A stretch of 64,000 nucleotides of DNA from Octopus bimaculoides (taxonomy: Eukaryota). Below the pieces are notes generated by a model. It saw nothing but the letters and a program-made list of their open reading frames with translations. It made no database searches and was not told the DNA's origin. The position numbers were made by a program, and so were the translations under genes. Positions 1 to 13,135 of the stretch are shown piece by piece (positions within the stretch are counted from its first letter, which is position 1; each line of letters starts with the position of its first letter). The stretch spans positions 42,636,549 through 42,700,548 of the forward strand of contig NC_068982.1 in assembly GCF_001194135.2 (NCBI RefSeq), given 5' to 3'.

Positions 1-45
1 GAATTTTGCCCGGTGTGCTAACGAGTCTGCCAGTTCGCTGCCTTA
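1..45 (-). mobile_element. SINE family A head fragment
   Basis: Reverse complement AAGGCAGCGAACTGGCAGACTCGTTAGCACACCGGGCAAAATTC matches the head of family-A copies elsewhere in the window (e.g. 31200). Confidence 0.7.
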
Positions 46-129
46 AGAAGTCATTATATTATTATTTTCAAATTTTGGCACGAGGCCAGAGAAGCCATTA
101 TAATATTAACAGAGGAGCAGAGCCATCAC

Positions 130-600
130 AGAAAAGCTTAGTATAGAAAACAGACAAAAAGTTTTAATAAAAGTTAAAGCGTTTATCACAACTAAAGACC
201 ATAAAAATAACTTTTCTGCTAATTCAAAATGTTGTTCAATAAATCTATTCCAATCTAAGATTCGTTTTGACTCTACAAACATTCTCAGGAAGTAAAATAA
301 TAACATTGGGAATTATCTCAATGAAAGCAATAATTATCATAGAAACAGCAGTTAGCTTGATAATCTTTATTAAGTTCAACGCCAAATTTAACACAATAGG
401 TTCTTATTCGCCGGTAACTAAAATATACAAAGCATTAGATAATGTTAAAATATATGATGCTAAAGATAATGATGCTATAGAATTTACAACGGTCGCAAAA
501 TTAACATTAACTTTCAGTAAGGACCCTGCTTGAAGAAAAAGAACTAACTCAGATTGTTCTTTTGAAACGCAGAAAAGAACAGGGTCATTTGATAACATTG
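130..600 (+). mobile_element. Decayed Penelope-like element RT fragment
   Basis: KAFITTKDHKNNF at 176-214 matches the PLE motif AFITxKDHK; GSFD near 580-591; stops and frameshifts in between. Confidence 0.65.
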
Positions 601-774
601 ATTATACGAAGCCCTTTGTACATAGATATCCCGGATCTACCAACTCCACCGCCGCTGCTGGACGCTTTTCATCTGCCACTACTACTTCCGTGCACAAGAT
701 GATTTCCCAAGACAAATACCGCAGTGTGTGGTTTTCTACAGTATATCCGCGTTAAATAAGATATACAAAATGCG

Positions 775-808
775 ATAGCTATCTATCTATCTATCTATCT
801 ATCTATAT
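775..808. repeat. (CTAT)n microsatellite
   Basis: Seen directly in the sequence. Confidence 0.9.
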
Positions 809-849
809 TAATGTTTATCTTAATGTTAAGTTGTAGTTCTTTTTAGTAT

Positions 850-1048
850 AGGTACAAGGCCTAAAATATTTGAAGCATAGCCAGCCTTGGCGATCACATC
901 GACCCTAGTGCTCAACTAGTACTCAGAGAACCAGAAAGGATGAAGAGCAAAGTCGTAGGTGACATGATTTGAACTCAGAAGCAATGACAGACAAAATGCC
1001 ACAAGAATTATGTCCGGTGTGCTAATAATTCTGGCAGTTCGTCGCCTT
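850..1048 (-). mobile_element. SINE family A, diverged
   Basis: Reverse-strand match to family A (GAAAGGATGAA..AAAGTCG..GATTTGAACTCAGA..CCGGTGTGCTAA). Confidence 0.7.
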
Positions 1049-1254
1049 TTTTATAAGTTATAATAGAAACAAATTTGATTCCCCAGTACATTTTGTAGAG
1101 TACATATTTATTATTCTTTAACAAGAATACTATACACATACATATATACTTACATGCACACATACATACATACATATACGTACATACATATACACACATA
1201 CACATGCACACACACACATATACACACATACGCACAAAGAGTTACACAGACAAC

Positions 1255-1950
1255 CACACTTACTACCTACGCCTACGATAAAAAGTAATACAAGGAGTCG
1301 AGGAACCTTTCGATTCGAATATTTATCAGAAAGATCTAACTGCTATGAATAAATGGGTGTCAGCAAACAACATGCAATTTAATGTGGGAAAATTCCAAGC
1401 CTTCCGCTATCAGCTACCTTGCACTAACCCTAACCAAAAAGATCGGCAATACTAGAGTCAAACGCAGTGCACGATCTGGGGATTGATATGATCATTCACT
1501 TATCACCAATATGGCAATGTGCAGGAGAATGGCCAGATGTATTCTGAGAACTTTCAGAGCAAGGGACCAGAAGACTACGCTAGTTCTATGAAAGACATTT
1601 GTCCCCAGCCGTCTGGACTACTGGTCTCAGCTGTGGTCACCATAAAATGTCTAATTAATAGTGAAACTCGAAGCAGTTCGGCGGGACAAATCTACTCCCT
1701 GAAGAAAGAGCTACAAATCTAATCCCTGAAGAAAAAGCGGGAGAGATGTGCAGTTATATACATATGGAAGATCCTAGAGGGGATGGTACCAAATTTTCGC
1801 ATCGAGAGTTATACGAGCCCCTGAAGTGGACGTCAGTCGCCTATATTGCTATAAATATTACTGCTCAGAAACATTTTACGACTGTGCTTTTTTCGAACTT
1901 ATGAAGAACTGACCGACTTGGCCCTGAAGAGATGCAAGGCCCATTTTCTT
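1255..1950 (+). mobile_element. Decayed CR1/L2-group LINE, C-terminal part of RT
   Basis: NKWVSANNMQFNVGKFQAFRY, DLGI, ILRTFQSK, IYSLKK and IYIWKILEGMVPN-like motifs in shifting frames. Confidence 0.7.
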
Positions 1951-2642
1951 ATCTCAGACAAGAGTGAGTCGGGATCTTGCATTGAAATGTGCATAGGATA
2001 ATAAACAAGTTTTATTATTATAGGATTGCGTTATGGCTCTTATTTAAATTGATATGCACCCAAAATTGTATCACATATATGAAAGTCTTTATATTTATAC
2101 AAAGTATAAACAACTTTTCAAGTGAGAATTTTGCTACTTTGATAACAGGTACAATATTTTACCAAATNNNNNNNNNNNNNNNNNNNNNNNNNNNNNNNNN
2201 NNNNNNNNNNNNNNNNNNNNNNNNNNNNNNNNNNNNNNNNNNNNNNNNNNNNNNNNNNNNNNNNNNNNNNNNNNNNNNNNNNNNNNNNNNNNNNNNNNNN
2301 NNNNNNNNNNNNNNNNNNNNNNNNNNNNNNNNNNNNNNNNNNNNNNNNNNNNNNNNNNNNNNNNNNNNNNNNNNNNNNNNNNNNNNNNNNNNNNNNNNNN
2401 NNNNNNNNNNNNNNNNNNNNNNNNNNNNNNNNNNNNNNNNNNNNNNNNNNNNNNNNNNNNNNNNNNNNNNNNNNNNNNNNNNNNNNNNNNNNNNNNNNNN
2501 NNNNNNNNNNNNNNNNNNNNNNNNNNNNNNNNNNNNNNNNNNNNNNNNNNNNNNNNNNNNNNNNNNNNNNNNNNNNNNNNNNNNNNNNNNNNNNNNNNNN
2601 NNNNNNNNNNNNNNNNNNNNNNNNNNNNNNNNNNNNNNNNNN

Positions 2643-2686
<44 letters not shown>

Positions 2687-2804
2687 GGATCACTCATAAG
2701 ATGTTATCTCTGGACAAATACTGCAATAACTAGCCTATCGAAAATATATAGATATTAAGTATGATATACAGATGGCGATAACAGTTTATATGAAAATTCT
2801 ATAT

Positions 2805-2910
2805 ATGGTTCGATTCCCGGGTTGGGTGGCATGCTTTGTTCTTGAGCAAAAGACTTTATTTCACATTGCTCTTGTGCTGTGTGAGGACCGGCATTGCCAA
2901 AGGATTGAAC
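2805..2910 (+). mobile_element. SINE family C head fragment
   Basis: B-box GGTTCGATTCCCGG followed by TTCTTGAGCAAAAGACTTTATTTCACATTGCTC, matching the reverse complement of 10560-10610. Confidence 0.5.
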
Positions 2911-3110
2911 CAACATTTCCTCTGCGTGTCTTAAAAAAAGGGAACTAAAAGAGGTTGACGAAGGGTTAGCATTTCGACGTCACAAAAACTCTCATTGGCA
3001 GCGACTATCCAAACAGACCCATGAGGTGGATGGCTGTCGCCCGAGTGGTGCAAAAGTATCATCCGCCAGGAGTAGGGAATCACCAACAAATGATGGATGC
3101 AGCCACTATC

Positions 3111-3412
3111 ATCAGGTCGTCCCATAAGTTCTGTCCGAATTTTGAATAAAGAAAACAGGTGATCAAATGTTATATCTAATTGAAATTTAATCATCAATGT
3201 TCTCTCCCTGATTATCTATGACTTTCTTCCATCTATTTACAAGCTTTTAAATCCCATCAATGTAAAACTCTTTTGGTTTCAAAGCGAAGAACTATGAAAT
3301 GTCAGTTTCGACCTCCTCCTGGCTTGCGAAAGTTATGTCCCCCAAATGATTCTGTAAACTACGAAACAAATGGTAGTCTGGTGGAGCAAGGTCGGGAGAA
3401 TAAGTTTTATAA
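3111..3412 (-). mobile_element. Mariner transposon 3' remnant with TIR
   Basis: Minus-strand YSPDLAPPDYHLFRSLQNHL...FFALKPKEFYIDGI*KLVNRWKKVIDNQGE; TIR-like ATCAGGTCGTCCCATAAGTTCTGTCCGA at 3111. Confidence 0.85.
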
Positions 3413-3944
3413 ATAGTGATATGTGACTCGAGAAAACATTTATGTGTTAATTCAAGGGTTCTGATGTATCTTATTATTACAATATATCTTATACTAATTA
3501 CAAGCAGTATAAGCTATAGAACTCAATGCGTTGAGTAGAATGACTTGATATGCTTATTATATAAAACATCCACAATCTCACGTGAGTGTCGCTCCCAGAT
3601 TCCCAGACTGAGCTGTTTACAACAGCAGTGAACAGTCCAGCCTCAGGCAAAACTCAGGATTGAACTGGCATGTCATGGCTTGGATGGATGGATGGATGGA
3701 TGGCTGTACGTAGGCAGGTATGTATGTACGTCATGTTACTCTTAATGTTACTAGTAATATGTAACCATGTACGGACTGTCACATAACCGGCAACACTATC
3801 AAGACCGCTTGGTAAGGAGCGTGATTTTTCATAGGACACACAGCAGGATGAAAAGCAAAACCTGTCAAAAAACGGATGAACGTAGTCAAAACCCATTCAA
3901 AAGCAAGGAGTAACAGGCCATAGTCTTTAGACATCATTCGAGAA

Positions 3945-4253
3945 CAGTGGTTCTCATCCAGGGTCCACATGATCCCCGAGGGTCCATATAGGATTTTGTG
4001 GGCCCCACACAGGCAAAATAGTAAATTAGGAATCCACAATATTATATTAAGGCCTATGAAGAAGTTTTGATTTAGATGTATTTATAGCAAGAAACAAAAA
4101 CAATTCTTTCTCAAACATTTTACATAGTTTAAATAGGAATTTTGAAAGAAGTTTCTATAAAACTAGACTTTAAACATCGAATAGTTATGGAGGTCCACTA
4201 AAATAAAATAGCAACCAAAGGGGTCCATAGATAAAAATGGTTGAGATCCCTTG
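3945..4253. mobile_element. hAT (Charlie-like) MITE
   Basis: Termini CAGTGGTTCTCATCC and GGTTGAGATCCCTTG; 8-bp flanks TTCGAGAA and TTCTAGAA match the Charlie NTCTAGAN target preference. Confidence 0.8.
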
Positions 4254-4671
4254 TTCTAGAATAAAAACAAATTGCGAAGTTTCACCTGTCTTATGGCGGA
4301 GGACAAGCATTTGCTTTTTTGGGGACTACTTCGCTTTGTAGATGAGAGTTTCAGAGATGTTGTGTAAGCTGTTATTGGCTTTCAATTTCAACGCAGACAT
4401 TGTCATTAACATATGAAGTAAGATAATCTGTCAGTGATGGTTACATGCGTCTACGAGCAATTACATGCATACGTATGCATGTCACGCTCTGTTGATGCCA
4501 CCTCATCGTATTTAGAATTTAATTTAATGTTAAGTGACGCTGTTTAAGCTATTTTGCACTTACTTCCTAAATATGCCTCACCTCACTCATTCTCTTCCTT
4601 TTTATGATCCATTAACAAACACACACAATAATATATATGTATAGGCATACATACCCGGGTCCAATTGCATA

Positions 4672-4711
<40 letters not shown>

Positions 4712-4800
4712 GTGTGTGTGTGTGTGTGAGTGAATGTGTGGCTATGTATATATATATATATGTGTGTATATTTATGTATGTATGTATGTATGTATGTATA

Positions 4801-4830
<30 letters not shown>

Positions 4831-4832
<2 letters not shown>

Positions 4833-5027
4833 CGTCACTAAAGTGACTAAGGGCACTAGTCAGCACCAGTATTGCTAGAAATAAGAGTTAAAACAACTCA
4901 TAGACACAATAAGCACTTATCTTAATGGCTGACAAAGCATGTCAGTCATTGTAGCTATGAATTGTTTTAACTCTTATTTCTAACAATACTGGTGCTGACT
5001 AGTGCCCTTAGTCACTTTTATGACGTA
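4831..5027. mobile_element. Palindromic MITE-like element
   Basis: About 73-bp inverted arms (4831-4903 and 4955-5027) with about 4 mismatches; TA-flanked. Confidence 0.7.
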
Positions 5028-5279
5028 TATATTTCTGCCTCTCGATTACACAGAAGGACGATAATGGAACCCATGGAAAAATAACACAAAGAATTGGGAA
5101 ATGCTCATCCGCTTCAAGGAGGAGAAATTCGACCTCACAGACTCACTGCGTTGCGCCTGGCTAGTTCGGTTCAGTGAATATCGATTGAATGAGGTTCTCC
5201 ACTAGGACCCGCTCCAACCCTCCAGTAGAATTGGCCCATATAGGATCCTCTCACGATTCTGTAGCTATCACCTTCACTC

Positions 5280-5790
5280 AATGGAAAATCCAGCAGAACG
5301 GCGTGAATTGTCGGCGCTGCTGTTTAATGGTAACTCTGAGAGAACTTCTGACACTTGGGCAACAGTAGTGGTTGATCTGTCATATCGAAAGTGCTTCTCT
5401 GGATCTCCTCACAAAAGATACAGCATGGTTAAGAAGTGGTTTTCTTGCATAATGGACAGTTGACGTCTGGATTCGCTGTGACTCCAGTTGCACTACCTGA
5501 AATTGTCACAATTGTTCTCCCTGATATTTTTTTTAGGACATGCGTCAAGAAAAGGGAACAATATTGGTGTAGCAAGGGAAGTACCATCGTGGTAGATGGG
5601 CTTTATGGTTCTACGATGGGAAGTATTCCTGGTAGGGAAAAATTTATTGAGGATGGAATATGTATCAATATCGATTTTGGTGGCACTTCGGTATTGGATT
5701 TGGTTTCTAGTGTTTCTTGAGTGTGTATATAGTGTCTCTGCGATATGTAAAAAGATAGCCACATTGCAAGCATTATCTTTCACATAGGCG
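5280..5790 (-). mobile_element. Possible decayed ORF1 (zinc-knuckle) of an I/Nimb-group LINE
   Basis: Minus-strand broken Cys/His knuckle-like pattern (NCDN..., CPLCKK, PKCQ) preceded by TPILF..P; highly decayed. Confidence 0.35.
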
Positions 5791-6019
5791 GGTAACTATT
5801 TTTGGATTCCGTTTCATTCGTGTGTCACTGAAATGATTTCTTAAATGTCCTCGAAATGATTTCTTTTTGTATTATTTCTTTCTTTTTTCTTTGGTTTTTT
5901 TTTTCTGGCGTCGTTGTGGGTGCGGGAAAATTGCGGGTTAGGGGTAATATATTAATGTTGGATTGAAGTGAAAAAAAAGACATTCTTTCTAGTAGATGTA
6001 ATAGAAATAGTGGAATGAC

Positions 6020-6180
6020 AGTAGTAGATGGTGACGACGACGACGATGATGACGATGATGATGTTGTTGATCATGACGACGATTGTGGTGGTGGTGGTTG
6101 TGGTGACGGTTTTGGTGATGGTGGTGTTGGTGTTGGTGCTAGTGGTGACGGTGACGGCGACGACAATGATATTGATGGGT
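6020..6180. repeat. GAT/GGT/GAC low-complexity tract
   Basis: Seen directly in the sequence. Confidence 0.85.
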
Positions 6181-6879
6181 AAATAGGTTCAGTTGTTCGG
6201 GGAGTGGGTGCGGTAACTGAAGATTGAAATTAATGTATAGTACCAGTAGTAATGGGATGGGCAGCAACGAGGTCACGAAGGTCAGAGCTAAGTAGAAGTT
6301 GTGCATTTTCTTGTTGATGCAGTTGAAATGTATCAGTAGATTACGGAGGGATCGTTATTTTCTTCCTGTCACTTTACATTTTCAGAACAAATTCTACCGA
6401 AGACCCTTTATCTGGCAATTCTTTCGGGATCTATGAAATAAATAAGTAGCAGTAAGATACTGAAAAAGAAGTCATCTAATCTCCGTGAATATTTGTAGAT
6501 TGTGTTACTGACTTGTAGACATCAAGAACACGCTCCTAGACATATATATAAATACATGAAGTACATGACATCACTAACGAGTGAAAAATACGTAAAGACA
6601 CGAGAGATAAGTACAAGTCCAGTACTCATCTCTCGTGTGTTTACGTCCCAGTTATGTAGTGGTACGGAAAAAGAAACCGATAGAATACATATAGGGCATA
6701 AAAAACTCTTTAAGGCGGTGCTCCAGCATACATGCGTCTTTATGCGTGTATATCTTATATGCATCTTTTCAGGATGGAGACGAGTGTATGTAGAATTTCT
6801 CAGCATGACATTAAAGCGCATTTCATGATGAGGTTATAGTTCGAAAGTTCGAGAGTTTTGTGGAGTATGGGATTTACTC

Positions 6880-7220
6880 CTTAGTCATCACTAATCTCCT
6901 GTTTATTCTCATCTGGTATGATGCAACATGCAAAAGAGCTCTGCGCATCAGTGCTATAACAGTAGCTGGTCCTGTGGTTAAGGCATGTAAGGATTTCAGC
7001 GTGGGAATGATTTTAGCATGTGTCATATAGGCATACAGATGTTTGGACATATCCTGATGTCACATAAGACAGTCACCGAAGCTTAAGGTCTAAATAGGCC
7101 TAGAGCTTCATGTGTAAGCTCGAGATAACAGGGGACTGGCTAAGTAAATATATCGGACGGGCACAAGATAACAGGAAATCACTACTGCCGGACTTTGGCA
7201 TGATACTGTATCCTAGCCAA
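6880..7220 (+). mobile_element. Decayed RTE LINE C-terminal fragment
   Basis: WYDATCKRALRISAITV resembles RTE LYDACVRxAMLHGSETW; IQMFGHIL resembles RLRWFGHV. Confidence 0.4.
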
Positions 7221-7265
7221 AAGCTGTATAGCAGGCGTAACACGTGTATACACACACACACACAA

Positions 7266-7297
<32 letters not shown>

Positions 7298-7779
7298 CGC
7301 GCGCGAGAGAGAGAGATTAAACTTTAGAAGTCCGTGTGTATGTGTGAACGTGTGTGTGTATGTGCGCGCGCACGCTCCTGTTCGTTAGGTTCTGTGTGCA
7401 TACATGTGTGCATATATATATATATATANNNNNNNNNNNNNNNNNNNNNNNNNNNNNNNNNNNNNNNNNNNNNNNNNNNNNNNNNNNNNNNNNNNNNNNN
7501 NNNNNNNNNNNNNNNNNNNNNNNNNNNNNNNNNNNNNNNNNNNNNNNNNNNNNNNNNNNNNNNNNNNNNNNNNNNNNNNNNNNNNNNNNNNNNNNNNNNN
7601 NNNNNNNNNNNNNNNNNNNNNNNNNNNNNNNNNNNNNNNNNNNNNNNNNNNNNNNNNNNNNNNNNNNNNNNNNNNTTACTACTTGTAATGTAATGGAGAT
7701 TTATGGAAAAATACAGGTATATTAATAATGAAGATAATGTTAGGTTGATGCTGGTAATGCTATTGGTTGTAAATTCAAA

Positions 7780-8360
7780 GTTTACCGTTTTTTTTTTTCG
7801 GTTGAAACTAGCGGCTGAGCATTAGGGAACATCGGTTTGTGGTGTTGGTGGTTATAAAGAGAAAGTATTTGGCCGTAAGAAAATGAATATACCCAGAAGA
7901 AAATGGTGGCAATGGTTACTCGCCATACTGGCTGTCTACAAACGATGTCTATTACTGAAGGTGCAGAGAGCGAGACTATGTAGTAATAGAGTTAGTAATG
8001 GTAAAATTAACAGTAATAATTTATTATTATTTGCAGTGGTGGTTTTCAAAGTTATCTTAGAGGCAGTGGTGATTGTAGAAGGTTTGCACAATGACGATTA
8101 CGGTATTGGCGAAGTACTGAAGTAGTGACGATGTTAACGGAAACATAATTATAGAGATTTTGATCGGAATGGAAGCGTGGTAGAGACGGTGGTCGGAGTC
8201 TTGGTGGCAATACTGAATGAAATGTTTGTATTGATAGTATGTTGCAGTTGTCCATGTACTGGCTATGAAGTGCTGGTTATGGTGGAGAGGTTTCGGCGGT
8301 AAAGAAGATGCGACAGAAATGATGAAATGTAGTGTGTTGGTAGTGGTGGTGGTCTTCATT
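7780..8360 (-). mobile_element. Decayed APE endonuclease of an I-group LINE
   Basis: Minus-strand L*DNFENHHC resembles GDFNAHH; ASNH resembles SDH; same compositional bias as 62750-63400. Confidence 0.4.
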
Positions 8361-9864
8361 TAAATGGAAACCTACTGAGCGTGATGAGTGTTTCTTTTTA
8401 ATTTGTTGACGAATAAGCTGATATCTCTTTTCTCAGACAAAGAGAGCCTTTTCTGTAACATTTGGATTTATAATTTTATATATACATATGTAAAGAAAAG
8501 CAAAGAAATACGTCTTCCCACACAGGCACACGCGTAAACACACACATGAATACATATACACACACACACATACATGCATACATACATACATACAAACATA
8601 CATACATATATANNNNNNNNNNNNNNNNNNNNNNNNNNNNNNNNNNNNNNNNNNNNNNNNNNNNNNNNNNNNNNNNNNNNNNNNNNNNNNNNNNNNNNNN
8701 NNNNNNNNNNNNNNNNNNNNNNNNNNNNNNNNNNNNNNNNNNNNNNNNNNNNNNNNNNNNNNNNNNNNNNNNNNNNNNNNNNNNNNNNNNNNNNNNNNNN
8801 NNNNNNNNNNNNNNNNNNNNNNNNNNNNNNNNNNNNNNNNNNNNNNNNNNNNNNNNNNNNNNNNNNNNNNNNNNNNNNNNNNNNNNNNNNNNNNNNNNNN
8901 NNNNNNNNNNNNNNNNNNNNNNNNNNNNNNNNNNNNNNNNNNNNNNNNNNNNNNNNNNNNNNNNNNNNNNNNNNNNNNNNNNNNNNNNNNNNNNNNNNNN
9001 NNNNNNNNNNNNNNNNNNNNNNNNNNNNNNNNNNNNNNNNNNNNNNNNNNNNNNNNNNNNNNNNNNNNNNNNNNNNNNNNNNNNNNNNNNNNNNNNNNNN
9101 NNNNNNNNNNNNNNNNNNNNNNNNNNNNNNNNNNNNNNNNNNNNNNNNNNNNNNNNNNNNNNNNNNNNNNNNNNNNNNNNNNNNNNNNNNNNNNNNNNNN
9201 NNNNNNNNNNNNNNNNNNNNNNNNNNNNNNNNNNNNNNNNNNNNNNNNNNNNNNNNNNNNNNNNNNNNNNAAGAGAAGATAGAGAGTGGGGAGAGACGAA
9301 GACAAACAGAAAGGACAAAGATGATATTTTGAATTGGCCATTTATAATTCACCGACGCTGTAAAAGGAATATCTGTGCGTGTTTTCTTAATTTAATAAAC
9401 AGAACCGAAAGAACCTATAAACAATTCATAGAAAATAAAGTACAATAAAATAAATGGAAATTTATACGAATTTAAAGCATAAAATAAACTATAGTAATTT
9501 ATAGTAATGAGATTATAGCTTGCTGGATAATTAACCTAATTTTCATTGATGAGGTTTGTTTTCTAGTAAAATACTTTCTTTTGTAAAACACGAGGTTCAT
9601 AGTTCGAAATATATAATCACAAATATTTTAATATTTAATAAACTTTTCGGGCCTTGTGCCTATAGTAGAAAAGAATATTTAATAAACTATAGGCATTACT
9701 GCATTTCTCGTATATTGTGTAAGATACAACTGTTATTTAAAATAGTAGAAAAGAAGAAATTTTTATGCTGGTAATAATGAGGTGAACGGTTAAAGGAAGA
9801 GATGAGGAATGAGAATGAAGACAAAAAGGAGAAGAAGAGTAATGTTTACAATAACAATGATGAT

Positions 9865-9866
9865 AT

Positions 9867-9938
<72 letters not shown>
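9865..9938. repeat. (GAT)n microsatellite
   Basis: Seen directly in the sequence. Confidence 0.95.
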
Positions 9939-9942
<4 letters not shown>

Positions 9943-10384
9943 AAACCACAAAAATCAAAAACGATGAGAAAAAAATGAAGAGGAAATGAAGTCTCTATCT
10001 TTTGCAGACTTTCGCCACTAACTTGAAGCACTGAAGTTGCTAAGTGGATACTGCATTGCATAACATGCTGATGAATTAAAATCCCGCAGCTAGGGTTACG
10101 CTGTACTTTTGTATAGAATATATTCATCTACAAAGCTAACGAGAATCAATACCATGTAGTTAGAAAAACTCTTATAACAAGTGAGTGACATATCATCCAA
10201 TTCTAAGTATCGACTCTTATATTCTATGTAAACTGATCATGACGTGCAGCCTGCACCAGGTGATGACATTCTATATTATAATCTCGGACCAATTCCAAGG
10301 AAAATATACCATTTTTTTGTTCGGTATACAGCAACTCTGACATTCACTATATTTTACAATACTGGCTTTCCATCGGTTACGTCG

Positions 10385-10610
10385 AATGTTCCAGTTGATC
10401 CGATCAACGGAACAGCTTCCTCGTGAAATTAACATGCAAATGGCTGAACGCTCCACAAATACGCGCACCCTTAACGTAGCTCTCGAGGAGATTCAGCAGG
10501 ACACAGAATGTGACAAAGCTGGCCCTTTGAATTACATCTCATTTTTGCCAGCTGAATAGACTCGAACAACGTGAAATAAATTATCTTGCTTAAGGACACA
10601 ACACACCGAC
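10385..10610 (-). mobile_element. SINE family C, partial
   Basis: Aligns with 20125-20280 (TTCCAGTTGATCCGATCAACGGAACAG..GAAATTAAC..CCCTTAACGTAG). Confidence 0.85.
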
Positions 10611-10944
10611 AAAATAATTTTAACTTCTTGTGTGGGGAAAAAAAAATCGATTCCGCAGCGATTTGATTTGAGAACGGAAGAGAACGTAATTAGTTAACGG
10701 GAAGGCATTTTGAATGGCATTAGAATATTAATACGATTTCTGCCAATGAAGTTTTGCCAATAAGGTACAGAAAAAATGCCCTACTTCCAGCAAAATTGAG
10801 CAGCAAAGGATTATGTAGTAAAGAAGATTACGAATGAATGATAATCCGATATAATAGATGATAGCTTGATTGATAACTAATAACGGGTCAAAATTAAGTT
10901 TTGTACAACGTCTATTTTTCAATGTTTTCCTTTTAATTGTTGAC

Positions 10945-11305
10945 GTCATTGGACTACGGATATCTTGGCGCACCACCTTGAACAGGTTAGTCGGACAAGT
11001 CGACCCCTCAGACATGTTAGATCTGCTTCTTTCTCTCTCGGTCCGTTTGCTGAACCACTAGCGTGTGGAGGATAACCAACCAAAACTGATTTCCAAGCGG
11101 TGGTTGGGGAGACAAATGCGAACATAGACATACACACGCATATATATGACGGGATCCCTTGCAGTTTCCTTTCACCAAATTCAGTCATTTCATTAGTCGG
11201 GCCGGGGGTAGAGTAGAAGGCACTTGTTCAAGATGTCACGCTGTGAGATTGAGCCCGAAACAGCTTAGTTGCAAAGCGAAATGTTTAACCATGCAACTAT
11301 ACCTG
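10945..11305 (-). mobile_element. SINE family B, diverged
   Basis: Reverse-complement match to 57244-57570 and 63700-64000. Confidence 0.75.
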
Positions 11306-11934
11306 CTCCTACAGGATTGAAAGCTCGCCCAGTTCAAATTATATCATTTTATTGCCAAGACTTAGTTCACAAGAAGAAGAGCAGATATGGCGGGTAGGAC
11401 TAAAACACGACACCTTTGTTGCTGAAGAATATCAAAGGAATGAGTTAATCACAAACTTCTGATTCGGTCAAAATACTTGCAACTCAGTTGACTCTACTAA
11501 GGATACAAAGACCAGGTGGCTTTGTTAAATCGAGCAACAGATGAAGTCTATCATCCAAATATAACAATATTTCTCTAATCAGCTTCTGGTTCAGTTCTTG
11601 ACCACCTGATACCCTTTGTAAACTGCCGTTTTATTAATATACGTGTTTAGCCTTTCCTTGCATAAGGGTATCCAGGCAAAAATATGAAAGCATTCAACTG
11701 TATAGCTTACACCCTAGAAAGATAACTATCTAAAATCATCTCACAACAAGCTGGCGTTTATATAAAAACGATGTTTAAAATAAAGGCGAAGACGATCATA
11801 AAGGGAAATAAAATAAACAGAAGTGAAGTAATACGAAGTGTGTTCTGGGGCGTGTGATTTCAGACTACAAACTTCTTTCGAAAGAACAGTAGAAAAATTA
11901 GTTATTAAATGTATTTGAAAGTCCGCAATTAGAA

Positions 11935-12110
11935 TTTGTTAATTATCTCTTGTTTTCAACTTGTTTCAGTAATTGGATTGCGGCCGTACTGGGGCAACGC
12001 CTTGAAGGACTAAATCAGACATATTCAACGTAGTACTTATTTTTAAGTCTGGTACTTAGGTTATCGGTGTATTTTGCCCAACCACTAAATTAAGGAGGTC
12101 ACACACATAC
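11935..12110 (-). mobile_element. SINE family B 3' fragment
   Basis: CTTGTTTCAGT..TTGCGGCCGTACTGGGGCAACGCCTT matches the reverse complement of the family-B tail. Confidence 0.6.
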
Positions 12111-12369
12111 ACACACACACATACATACATATATACCTACATACATATATACATACATGTATATAAAGGAATACAAAAAATGGGAGAAGGACGCAAAACA
12201 TCTAGACAGATGATACAAAAAGGGGACAAGAAAAAACAAGGATAGGTCATTCCTCAGTCGAGTTCCAGATTATCTTAGCAATTTCGGCTGGTTATACTCA
12301 AGATTACTCCAATCTGGCCAGCCTCAAGGCAGAACTAAGGTAAAAGTACCCTAAATATATATATATCAT

Positions 12370-12640
12370 GATGGTTAAGATAATAATCAAGATGGCGGTG
12401 ACGGTGGCCGCAGTAGTAGTGGTGATGATCCTGAATACAACGACGATGGCGAAGGCGATGATGATAATGGTTGTGTTGGTGGTAGTGGTGGTGTCGGTGG
12501 TGATGATGATGATGATGATGAGAATGATGTTTATGATTATGATGATGATGATGGTGATGGTAGCTGTGCTACTGCTGGTGAGGATGATGTTAATGACGAT
12601 GTGAATGATAATGATGTTGACGATGATGACGATGAAAATG
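12370..12640. repeat. GAT/GGT low-complexity tract
   Basis: Seen directly in the sequence. Confidence 0.85.
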
Positions 12641-13011
12641 GATTACTTGTGAGTTTGAGACGGTATCTTTTTGTTTTTCTCTTTTCAGATAGCATATTGA
12701 ACTCTAGAGAATGAGATTCGAAACAGATTTATCCAGATAGCTGCTCAAATTACCTCTGCAGGGTTCAGTTAGTATGCTGGGAAAGGGTAAACCAAGAGAA
12801 GATACGAGAAAGAAAGCAAAGAAGATGAAGCAAGTATAGAAATTACAGAAACAAAAAATATTTTTTTTAAAAAGTAGGAAAAGTAAAAGAAAAAGGGAAA
12901 ATGTGGGAAGTTTGAAAAAAAAAACCAACTTATTTGTTCAGTTCGAAATGTCCATGAGAGGCAATGAGCCTTTAAAAAATGGAAGGTGATAAAGTGCTTG
13001 TAAAGGGGGGA

Positions 13012-13073
<62 letters not shown>

Positions 13074-13075
13074 TG

Positions 13076-13135
<60 letters not shown>

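Noticed and set aside
10244-10380. QPAPGDDI peptide, echoed by QPAPGEEI on the minus strand near 16010
   Set aside because: Both resemble the APGxDGI motif at the start of LINE RT domains, so they are most likely decayed LINE fragments or coincidence.
6386-12790. Strong plus-strand acceptors near 6386, 10007 and 12689 (also near 38320)
   Set aside because: All reading frames stop shortly after them. They can only be UTR or lncRNA exons, which cannot be supported from sequence alone.
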